NCBI GenBank assembly: GCA_905178155.1
Contig: CAJINV010000004.1
Span: 2,502,228 to 2,566,227 of the forward strand
DNA length: 64,000 nucleotides
Reading direction: 5' to 3'
Source of the DNA: Amoebophrya sp. A120
Taxonomy: Eukaryota; Protista; Dinoflagellata
Shown here: in pieces, positions 35,501 to 44,458 of the stretch
Layout of the letters: each line of letters starts with the position of its first letter
How positions within the stretch are numbered: position 1 is the stretch's first letter
Position numbers and translations under genes: made by a program
Notes under the pieces: generated by a model
Databases searched by the model: none
What the model was told of the DNA's origin: nothing
Seen by the model: the letters and a program-made list of their open reading frames with translations, nothing else

Positions 35501-38500
35501 ACGGTGCGCGCGGCTCCCCTCATTGGCACTTGTCTTGAGCCCCTGGCCATTTGTCCCGATTCCCTTGCCGTGTCCTCGCTGGCAGGCCGCGCCCCTGCCC
35601 CCGCTTTGCCGCGTTGTCTCCGATTCCGCGTTCGTTGTTCATGATGTTTTCTTTTTATCTCAGCCAAAAAATACTATACCCAACTACGACCCCATTTATG
35701 TATCGAAGTAGTTCCGGTTTTCTACCTTACCAGCACGGCTCTTCTTAGTCTTTTCTACATTCACGACCTACATACTTCCTTATCCTATATTACGCCCCCA
35801 CCAGCCACTTGCTGGAAAAAAAAAGAACCGCGACACGGTTTTCCTGGATGTTTTGGAAAAAGCACAGCCGGTGGGGGGGGACCACAGGAGTCACCCCCCC
35901 GCTAGCTGCGCGGCTGTTGAAGTATCTGCTTCTACTTTTTACATGATGCTTGTCTACAATTTTAATGTTTGTCATGACCCATGATGCATGTTTGTCATGA
36001 CCCATGATGCTTGTGATGCATGACCTAGCATCGCAGACATTTAGAGGGCTTCCTGATGCACCTTCCGCATGAGAAATGCCCTGTCCGGGTAGCACAAACT
36101 GCGCCCCTCTTGCTGGTCATGCAATACAATTTTTTTTACCGTCCAAGAACAGCATGACAGGTTGCATTCTTCCAGACCCAGACATTTTTACATTTGATAC
36201 ACCAGCAGGCTCTTCAATTCTTCGCGCTTCCGCATCCACAAATGATAATCTTCGTCGCCCTGCTCGGGTTTCGACGCCTCCCAGGGCGCGATCGCTGTGG
36301 TGAGCTCGGCTATGTCGCGCTGGCGGCCGCTGGCCTCGGAATAGACAAACTCCATGTCTTTGGTCAACCCCATCTGCTCGTAGGTAGAGGAAATAATCAT
36401 GGCGAGAACCAGCTGCTTCATCAACATCTTGGTCGCCGAGTACCCTGGCAGGAACAACGACATGAGAAAGTGGAACAACGAGTGCCAGGGCTCGCTGGTC
36501 GCCGGACACATGCCGCTGACGTGCGCCGCGGGACCGATCAGGACCATGATGAAGAGGTGCCAGAAGCTGTACCGCCCGGGGAACATCATGTCGGCAAACA
36601 CGATGAGAATGGGGATCATGCAGGCGACGAAATACGGTGTCCGGCTGTAGACCTTTTCCAACGTTTCTTGGTTATCAATCACCAACGCGAGAAACGCGGC
36701 GACGAGAAAAGTACTCGACAGCGTGCAGAGCGGCGTGAAAAAAAACACCATCGCGGAGCCCTCCGCGAAGAAAAAGTAGCTATCACCCTTGACCGCCTGC
36801 GGCATGATGAACAGGAAGAAGGACTGGAGCATAAACCCGGGAAGTAGGGTTATAACCGCGAATAGGTAGTGTGACAGCCAGTAGATCGTTCTGCTCACGC
36901 CGTTATGAACCGCAAATAGGTCTGGGTTACTGGCGGCACGACGGGCCACAGACGACGCCCTGAGAACCCACGAAGATCCTGAAAAGATCACCCCCGACAC
37001 TCCAGAGGGAGGGGTCGGAAAGATTCGGAGCGTCCGCCCCTCTGTAGCTTCCAGGGACAGCCTGCCGACGAAAGGGAAGCATAGACCGCTCGTGTAACGC
37101 GCGTTACACGAAGGTATGGTAGATGTGAGAAAGGGCAGACGCCCCGCGGGCGTTGCCACAGGCGTTAGCTTGCTGGGAGTGACGAATAACCACGCCCAAC
37201 AAAGGCGAGCGAGTGGTCGAGCGGTTGTAAAAGCCCTGGCGCGACGCGGAACAATCTGGGGCCCGGCAATGGACGGAATTGCCCCCGTCCGCAGGGTCCA
37301 TCTCGCTTCCATGGGCCAGATATACCCGAGCCCGAGGGCAAGGCCAGGTCGGAAATGGTCCAGCAAAAGACGGCGCACTAGCCCCAAAGCGAGTTTTTTT
37401 TTTGATTCAAAAACGAAGCCGCTGAATTTGTTGAATCAAAGAAACAGCATGTGTTTCAAGGGTAGAGAGGCCACTTCTTGAACCCCGAACAAAGGATCCG
37501 ACCAAGGTTCAAACAAGGTTCAAAGTCGCCAATCACGGGGGTATGGCAAAAGCTTCAGAGGCCAAAAAAAAGCTACTAAAAAGTTCCGAGCAAGATCCGA
37601 TAAAGTTCCGATCAAGATCCTGTCCAGAGGACACTTTTTTGGCCACTTTTTTGCGCCGCCAAATCCGTAGATTCTAGGCGGGGGAGGGGCCAGGAAAAGC
37701 GGCGAAAAAAGTGTCCTCTGGACAGGATCTTGATCGGAACTTTTGAAAATGGAGATGGCGGCCATGAACTCTGGAAAATGGCCCCGTGCCTGGCCGAATT
37801 CCACTGGAGAATGCTCCTGAGTACAAAAATTGTGCCGCGGGGAGAAAACTCCCACCCTTGTTTGACATGTTTTCTGCAGGATTGGCCTGCCGATCCCGGC
37901 GACCCCAAGAAGCAAAACACTTGGCACTGCATCGCGCCAAAGGCCATCGCCTCTCTGCGGGCTCCCGGATGCTGGGAGGGCAGGTAGAATGCCTGCGGTC
38001 GAAACACCTCCGCGCCACCCCCTATCCAATGTCCAAGACTACCGCGAAAAAACTACAGAAGCACACCAGAAGGGGGGGCAAAAGGACACGCTGGCCGCGG
38101 CGGGCGGCGCGTTCCCTGACGGCTGGCCCGCGCCAAGTTTTGCGTGGCCGTAAAATACCGACATACCCCCGCAACAGGAAAAAAAATCGCGCTTCCCAAA
38201 CAGGGCGGCCCTCGGGGTAGGCTCGGCAGCTATGCGACACGCCCAGAAAAGGCCGCGCAAATTTGCTATACAAAGGAGGCAAAGCGAAGGCCAAAACATT
38301 GGGCCTGATTCGTAATTTCGGGGCGCCGAAGTAGCCCAGCGGCCAGGATCTTGATAGGATCTTTTTGGGATCTCAGACGAGCTGAAGTGGCCCGGCGTTC
38401 CGTGAGTAACTGGGTCTGGAAACATGAAAACTTCTGACGCGCGTTTCACACCAGACAAAAATCTGTCATGCATGGGCCGCAAAAGTTGCTCATTTGTTGT

Positions 38501-39320
38501 CTCCCAAAGGTGGCATTTGTCATGCGAATTAGGGATGGGAAAACCTGATCAAAACCTGTGATGCTGGGACTTGCATGCCAGAGCTTCTGTGTCATGCGCA
38601 AGCAGCATCACACTCTTCCAGACCCAGACATATTTGCATTCAGTATCCGTAGACCTGCTGGATCTCCATCATGCGGGACTGCTCTTCGCCGTAGATCACC
38701 ATGCCATACTGGCGGTACAGGAAGGCGAAGGGGATCGTGTAGCACAGGGAAAAGGCGAGGACGAACGATAACGGGAGAATCTGGGCGGCAAAGTTCGTTT
38801 CCATCGCTTCTCCGCCCTGGTGGTAGGCTTGGAACCCAGCGTAGTTGTTGGTTACGGGGGTCTATCAGATGCAAATATGTCTGAGTCTGGAAACTTGTGT
38901 TGCTAAGACTTCGATTCATTGCAGACTTTCTCCTTGTACGGCATAATAGCATGACAAGTTATCGCTATGCTCGGCTTATTGCGCTCGCACTCGTTCGCGT
39001 TTAGCATTACAAGCTGACTTCCAGCACGACAAAAAAATGGCCAATCGTATTCATGCATTACAGGTCTTATTGCCTTTGAAAACTTGCATTACACATTCAG
39101 ATCCACACATTTTTGCATTGCATAGGGTCCGGAGTTTATCCACGTCGTCCAGCATGAAAAAGACAAACCACCCGGACAACACCGCAATCACCTGGATTAA
39201 AGTGAGCATCACCCACTGCGGCCGCCCCACCACGTCGGCGTTCTTCTGGAGCAGGATGCGGAGGGTCAGGAGGGACTCCAGCATGTTGGCCCACGTGGGC
39301 GACTGGCTGGAACTCGTCAT
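14554..39320 (-). CDS. ABCA: ABC transporter subfamily A, full size (TMD-NBD-TMD-NBD), ~33 exons
   Basis: N-terminal LRILLQKN; GVSRTIYWLS. NBD1: GEIFALLGHNGAGKST, CPQDNPL, LSGGQKRR, ILMDEPTSGMDPQARR, FTTHYLEEAD. NBD2: GECFGLLGPNGAGKTT, YSGGMKRKLS, FLDEMSAGVD, TTHSMMEADATCDRVGI. C-terminal IEDYALGEPTMEQVFLKFA. Motifs become contiguous only after introner removal; start codon uncertain. Confidence 0.93.
14612..14873. mobile_element. Introner family A
   Basis: TSD CAGCT. Confidence 0.92.
15027..15253. mobile_element. Introner family D
   Basis: TSD TAAGC; inverted near-copy of 15300-15521. Confidence 0.92.
15300..15521. mobile_element. Introner family D
   Basis: TSD TGCCA/TTCCA. Confidence 0.92.
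16036..16165. mobile_element. Introner family J (130 bp)
   Basis: TATTCCCCGAAAATTT...AATTTTCAGGGAGTA; TSD TCCTG/TCTTC; removal deletes an in-frame TGA and joins PNDED-LQVLE. Confidence 0.75.
17053..17582. repeat. GC-rich minisatellite, 19-20 bp unit (CCCGGGGGATCCGCCCTCA)
   Basis: GGATCC-type core recurs at 17069, 17088, 17107, 17126, 17145, 17164, 17183 and onward; roughly 25 copies. Confidence 0.95.
17600..18760. repeat. 114-bp tandem satellite, ~10 copies, each with a 19-bp-stem hairpin
   Basis: Unit marker at 17640, 17754, 17872, 17986, 18098, 18212, 18326, 18440, 18554, 18668; GAGGATTCCGGAGAGGATT-TTGG-AATCCTCTCCGGAATCCTC. Confidence 0.95.
19476..19731. mobile_element. Introner family D
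   Basis: TSD CATGT. Confidence 0.87.
20517..20774. mobile_element. Introner family A
   Basis: TSD CCTAC. Confidence 0.9.
21348..21557. mobile_element. Degenerate family B introner
   Basis: TATGGATTGCAAAAGTAC...ATACTTTCGCATCGAAGTGGATA; TSD TTGAG/TTCAG; joins GYHLELN-LNLQ. Confidence 0.75.
21709..21995. mobile_element. Introner family A
   Basis: TSD CTGTC. Confidence 0.9.
22047..22285. mobile_element. Introner family E
   Basis: TATAGCGTTCTCAAACGTTACA...TGTAACAGTTGAGAACGCCATA; TSD GCCAC. Confidence 0.92.
23171..23404. mobile_element. Introner family D
   Basis: TSD CGATC. Confidence 0.9.
23450..23763. mobile_element. Introner family F
   Basis: TIR TATCCTGAGTAAAAACGT; TSD GGCCG. Confidence 0.92.
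24239..25549. mobile_element. Probable disrupted family F introner with a large insertion; left TIR not found
   Basis: F-like right end ATGTTTTCGCACACGATA followed by CGGCC; CGGCC at 24234-24238 restores frame; left boundary uncertain (24209 is an alternative). Confidence 0.5.
24845..25223. repeat. Four dispersed copies of CGAAATTTCAAAATTTTATTTTTA
   Basis: Copies near 24847, 24996, 25036 and 25199. Confidence 0.8.
25859..26007. mobile_element. Introner family B
   Basis: TSD CTTGG. Confidence 0.92.
26225..26461. mobile_element. Introner family F
   Basis: TSD CCTTC/CTTTC. Confidence 0.87.
27389..27641. mobile_element. Introner family A
   Basis: TSD GTGGG/GTAGG. Confidence 0.9.
27698..27938. 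mobile_element. Introner family E
   Basis: TSD CAAAC. Confidence 0.92.
28382..28638. mobile_element. Introner family A
   Basis: TSD CGACT/CCACT; right end mutated to AGA. Confidence 0.85.
28686..28838. mobile_element. Introner family B
   Basis: TSD CCGCG. Confidence 0.9.
29000..29149. mobile_element. Introner family B
   Basis: TIR TATCCTGTGCAAAAGTATCG; TSD GCTGT. Confidence 0.92.
29966..30217. mobile_element. Introner family H (E-related)
   Basis: TSD GCCTG; splits the D-loop GMDPQ-ARR. Confidence 0.9.
30272..30587. mobile_element. Introner family C
   Basis: TSD TGTCC; joins FGD-TPLILMDE. Confidence 0.9.
31506..31823. mobile_element. Introner family G
   Basis: TSD CCCGT; homologous to 37-346. 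Confidence 0.92.
31969..32273. mobile_element. Introner family I (G-related)
   Basis: TATGACACCCTCAG...CTGAGGCTGTCATA; TSD CCTTG. Confidence 0.9.
32337..32563. mobile_element. Introner family D
   Basis: TSD TTCGG. Confidence 0.92.
32696..33087. mobile_element. Introner family L (singleton, no octamer array)
   Basis: Perfect 26-bp TIR TATGGCGGCGGTAGCTCATTTATTTG; TSD CCTCC. Confidence 0.92.
34150..34320. mobile_element. Introner family B
   Basis: TSD CACCC/CGCCC. Confidence 0.87.
34373..34679. mobile_element. Introner family A (diverged)
   Basis: Left end AAT; TSD TCTGG/TCTGC. Confidence 0.8.
34796..35033. mobile_element. Introner family E
   Basis: Left end CAT; TSD AAGGG. Confidence 0.88.
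35086..36199. mobile_element. Family A introner carrying a ~0.8-kb poly(T)-headed insertion
   Basis: Family A TIRs; TSD CACCA; foreign sequence from ~35137 to ~35965. Confidence 0.85.
36904..38645. mobile_element. Family A introner whose left TIR is interrupted by a 1.48-kb transposon
   Basis: TSD GCCGT/TCCGT; removal joins MEIQQVYG-VSRTIYWLS. Confidence 0.85.
36927..38409. mobile_element. Non-autonomous TTA...TAA TIR element with central inverted repeat
   Basis: TTACTGGCGGCACGACGGGCCAC versus reverse complement TTACTCACGGAACGCCGGGCCAC; TSD CTGGG; central IR ~37603-37745. Confidence 0.85.
38863..39124. mobile_element. Introner family A
   Basis: TSD GGGTC. Confidence 0.88.
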
Positions 39321-40485
39321 AGTCGCGGGCAAATCGTCTAGGCACTTGGCCTAGCAATCTTGTGGCTAGTGCTGCATTTTTTCAGCACTGCCAGTGGTGC
39401 CGGGGTGGTGCTCGTTCAACTTCTGGGAAGATACGGCAGCTGGTCGTAGCGGTGCCATACTTCTGAAGAAGAGGAGCCGCGAGAGAAGCACTGCTAGTGA
39501 CAATTCGTCACCGGCTCTTACCGTGGGCTTTTTCGTTGACATGATGGTGCTACGGTTGCGGTAAGCAACTCGCGACGACCCGCATCGACATCTGTCATGT
39601 CAATTGGCACTGCGTCGTTGGATGAGTTGCGATACTCTACTTTACTATATTTATACTCTTTTAGCGGAAGAGGCAGTCATGCATGAGCTGTCTTAACTGA
39701 TTGCGAGCCGAGCCCTTTCTTTAATTTCTTTTCAATGAAAGACGAAGACCCTACCCCGACGCCCACATGAATTATGTAGGCGTCGGGTCGATAAAAAGGG
39801 AAATTTCTACTTCTGCGCTTCTCAATCTCAACATTCTGTCTCTTCCATAAAATTCTCTCAAGAATATGATAATTGTGAGGAGGATGTGTTAATCTCCAAG
39901 GAAATTTATCTACACTTTAGATGCTTCTTTTAGTAGCTACGGACGCTACATGATCAAATGGCCGGAACTGCAACAGCCAGGATTTTAGGCCGTCTACCAG
40001 TTCATCCAAATATTGATTCTGTACTTTCGCACCGACATAAGTGCACAAGGTAACGACAAGAAAACATGCTTTTGTGAACCATCACGCCAACACCGACATT
40101 GTTTTTCACCGACTGGCAGTGGTCTGTACAAGCAAGAAGAGGACGGGCGCCCATGCCAAAACCGATGAAGACCGAGATGGCAAATCACGATCAACACTGG
40201 GGTTTTCGATTTTATCGACTCGAAAATGATCGTGTTCGTGTCTCGACGAACAGTATGTAACCCTCACCGGCGGTGAGATTCCATATGAGTCGACTTATTC
40301 AGTAGTTTGTCGATAGGCTAAACAGAATTTCCGAGTGATACGCCTGAACTGACGCACGCGATCGAACGAGCCAAACCAAAGCTACTTATTTTTTCTTGTA
40401 CTTATATAGCAGGATGAACGAGACACCTGCTCAATATCTCGATTGCCTAGGTACGAGCTGAATTGGTCACCCTCTTGTTCATTTT

Positions 40486-41336
40486 TCAGTCTTCGTCTTC
40501 GATGAGCAGGTTGATCGTCTGCCTGGGGTCGTGCTCGCTGCTCCGCGGAATGTGCGCGATCGCGGACGTCCCATCCTCTTTTCCGGTCCCATCATCCTCG
40601 TCTTCCATGTTCGGGCGACGCCTGTAATATCCTGCGCAAATTATACGTCCGAGACTGCAGTAGAAGAAATCGAAATAAGTACTTACTCGCCAGGGCGAGA
40701 CCTACAGGCAATGTTATTTTCATGCCTTGCCCAGCTCCAATCAGTCACAGTTTGAGTTTCTTCAAAATTGAAACTCGCATTCTTTGAGTTTTACATTCTC
40801 CAACATCAAGATAGAATGTTTAAACGCCCACCTGAAGCCAGGTAGGCACACACTCAGAAACTACAAGGTATTCATTCATTATGTTACAACATAAAAGGAG
40901 CTGGAATAAAGGCAAAAGAGCACCACAACACATTTTCTCAGGCGCGGACAAATGAGTGCGTGCATACAAGAATCGCATCCCTCGTGGCAGCGGGGCGGTC
41001 CGAATTGGCAATCTCCAGTAGTTCGGCGTCCGAGAAAATGGGCCGGACTCGACTACTCGCTGCTGGTCGTGACGGCAGCCACCGTCGGAGACGCTCTCCC
41101 CACGGACGCTGCTTCGCCTCTTGTTCTCCAACACGAGTCTCCTCCTGTTCGGTCACCAGCTCTTCTTTCCGCCGCCGCTTCACCACGTTCACTTCGTTAA
41201 ACGACCCGTCATGTTCGACTTCTTCAGAGTAAAACTCCGCGTCCGGATCATAGTCCTTGTCCATCACGACTGCGAGCGTCCCGATACCGATAAGGTAGAT
41301 CCACAGGAGCCATCCCGCGATGGTGACGATCCACAT
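40486..41336 (-). CDS. Hypothetical N-terminally anchored membrane protein; canonical introns only
   Basis: Exons 40968-41336, 40832-40860, 40687-40701, 40486-40621 with GT-AG introns in compatible phases; MWIVTIAGWLLWIYLIGIGTLAVV...RDAIL-FLSVCLPGFR-SRPGE-RRPNMEDED...IEDED*. Confidence 0.65.
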
Positions 41337-42158
41337 GGCTTCGTTTAGATGTTTTCTTCGCACAAGAGCAAGATTTTGCTTTGCTGACTGGCGGCAGTTT
41401 TCTTCGTTCCACTTCTTTCCTCACTTCAAGTTCCAATGTTGAAAAAAAAAGTGATGTGATGAAGAACGAAATCTAAAATTACTGAAGGTCTCTGGTGCGT
41501 GCGACGTTTTGTCTCTGGTACAACAGCGGCCTCTTCGGTTCCTCCATTTCCCTCACGATAGCGATACTGAAAACGATTTGCACGAGCATGTGAAGCAAAT
41601 TGTGGTAGTTTTGGAAGTTGTCAACTTTGCTTTTCTTTCACTCAACTTCGATGCCCACGACAATCAACACCCATCCTGAGCCCGACGAACATGACGATGA
41701 AGTCCACATTAATATGCTACGTTTCATCTACTTCCGGAACAAAAAATATTCCACAACGGTGGACGGGACACATGCCTCATACCAGTGTCAAATCGAAGCT
41801 GATGACTCCTCGCGACTTCTTGCTTCAACTCTGCGTGCGCGCTGCTTATGATGGATCGTTCATACACTTTTTCAGTTTGCAAGCATTGCAGACAGCAAGA
41901 AGAAAGTGACACAAATGTGCGTGTTAGGGGTACTACACAAGAAGATGCTTGTTATGGTATTACTTACTTTGAAAACAAAATTCGAATTCCTGAATTCATG
42001 TGCTCTGTGTTCTAGGAAGATTTTCCAGTAATCTATTGGAAGTGCTTACTTACGGCTACGTACGATAACGATTGCGCTCATAGATGTTTCTTGCTTTGTG
42101 GAACATTTGGCACCGGAAACTAAGTACATGGATAGTAAGTACTGAGACAATTTAACGT

Positions 42159-43076
42159 CTAATCAAACGAAAACGCCGACGTGGTGACCACCATCAATTC
42201 CATTTTCCCGCTGTCCAGCATGTCCCCGAAAGCGTCGTGCGCGCACTGAAACAACCGCGGAATGTCCGCTCTTAGCTTCGCCGTTACCAGCACAACCTGC
42301 CCGCTTTGCGGGTTGGGTACAATCTTCGCGTCCGGCGTTGGGTTGCCTTTGCCGTCGGTCGCAGTGTCGGTTGGCTTGGTGTTGGCAGCGACGCAGGCGG
42401 GGGTGCGGTTAAGGTTCTGTGTAGTTTTGATTTGTTTTTCTTTTTCAATGAATTTCAATTGACCAACGCGATTGTATTTCGCAAAAATATGACGGTTCGT
42501 GTTCGTGATTTAGGCAAGAGTGGAATCGGAAGATCTTTACCCGTAGGTGCGAAGATGAGAGATCAAAAACGAAGAAACCGAGAGAAGCAAGATAGATCTT
42601 CTACTTCCCGAAAAATAGAAACATCAAACGAAAGAATCAGTGAGTACCCTGTCAAAAATGCGCTGCTGGTCAAAGTTCCCACCGTTCACCATGCAGAAGC
42701 TTTCCCACATGTGCTGCGGCGGAAAGTTCTGCCCCAACAGGTATACCGTGTACCCGATCTTCTGCACGCCCTCGATGTATTTCCTGCGCATCTGCTCCCC
42801 AATGTCCTTCCCGGGGACCCGCTCGCCCGTGTTGGCGGCCACCATCGCGCCCACGTCGCAGACCGTGTCGTAGCCGTGGTAGGTGAAGTTGACCCGCATA
42901 GCGCCACCGAGGTCCACCACAAAGGGCACTTTTCCGCTCGCGTTGGACTTCTTGATCGCGTCCATGAAGTTATTTTGCGTCGTTTTCACCACCTTCAACG
43001 CAATCTGCTTCTCCGGCTTCTTCACGCGGAAAACTTCCGGGGCACCGTCGCCCGGCTGGGCGTCGATCTTTCCCAT
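42159..43076 (-). CDS. Hypothetical protein, ~228 aa, one canonical intron
   Basis: Exons 42648-43076 and 42159-42416, GT-AG phase 0; GC3-rich codon usage. Confidence 0.75.
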
Positions 43077-44458
43077 GATGAGGAGCGGGAAGTATTGGAA
43101 TTTTTAAGCGAGTCGTGGCGTAGTTTCGATGTAGATGGGTGGTTGTAAATGTTGCGGAAAGTTGTAAAAGTCAAAAAGAGGAAGAGGAACGGGGCCGAAG
43201 ATCAAGTAGTGCTGTAGCGAGCGAGAAAATATATATACGTTTAGGACGGGGGGAAGAGTAGTGATTCTTAGTGAAAGTGTGGGTCTGGAAATGAATGGAC
43301 AAAAAAGTTTTATCTTCCTCTATTGTGTGGCTTCAACGCAACAGAAACACATGAAGACGGCCGTCCTAAAAATACCGACTATGCCGTATATTCGCAGGGC
43401 AGCACAATTTGATGAGACTAACCGAAGCGCCTTGGCCTTTTGTGCTGTGGGCCAACAGCACACAGGAGTGGCGAAATGAGTACGAGAAAGATGACCGAAG
43501 GTGCTAGTACTTTTCCTTCTTGCATGAGCTATGCAATACACGACCGAGCAGGTAGTTAGTTTTCATCTGCTGCGCAGAGGGATGGACGGAGCGACATCTT
43601 CGAACTGAGTGATGAGCCAAGATAAGTGAACGACAGGACCGACAGAGGCTCTTTGAGCAGAACGAAATCCGCAATATGTTGACGACGACGACATATTAAA
43701 GAACCTTCTCAGCTGCAGCCTGCAGCTGCTGCGCGGATGAAAAAACTACCGCTGTAGAACGAGGAGCGCAAAACTTCGCATGGGACGAGGTGCGCCACTC
43801 TTTACGTTCTGTGGTCGCTGAATAGATGCGGTAATGTCGCTTTTGTTGAAGCTTCATTCCAAAATTTTTGTACGGTAAAAGCGTAAGTGTTTGCAGTCGT
43901 TCATTTTACATGCAGAGCTAAGACATGCTCATCGACAAATTCATACTAGCTACTGAGTGTGAAGATATCTTGAATGACGTAGTTCATTGAAACTGTGCAT
44001 GTGCTGTTTTGAATTAGAGCTCGAAAGAAGTATGAGTGTCACAATTTTCACTTAAAATTCGCCCGCGTTCGACCGAGATTGACATCGTTTCTGTAAAGTC
44101 GTAAATGTCATCTTTTCCATTTCCAGAATGTAAAACTTTTCCAGTTTTATGCAGCTAATAATTCCTCGTCTCTCAATCTCAATGATCGTCATCATACAAA
44201 CATCAATAGAAAAGCTAAAAATACCGGCGCTTACTAGTACCAGATTTTGCTCGAAGTGAAGAAATAATCCAAATCGTAAAATTGCGTGGACGTCTTCGTC
44301 TAATCATCATCAATTGTTTGACTGTTTTTTTGGTATATACACATTTTCGTGGATAGGATTCACGCGTTGTCTGTTGACTGCGATACAGTACACATCAATC
44401 GCACAGTTGTTTGTGCATCGACATCCTGTACTCACTTGATGATCGGTGCCATCTTCAA

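Noticed and set aside
14554-39320. ABCA as a transposon-riddled pseudogene
   Set aside because: Catalytic motifs are intact, the joins I checked are in frame, and I saw no stops in the rebuilt exons.
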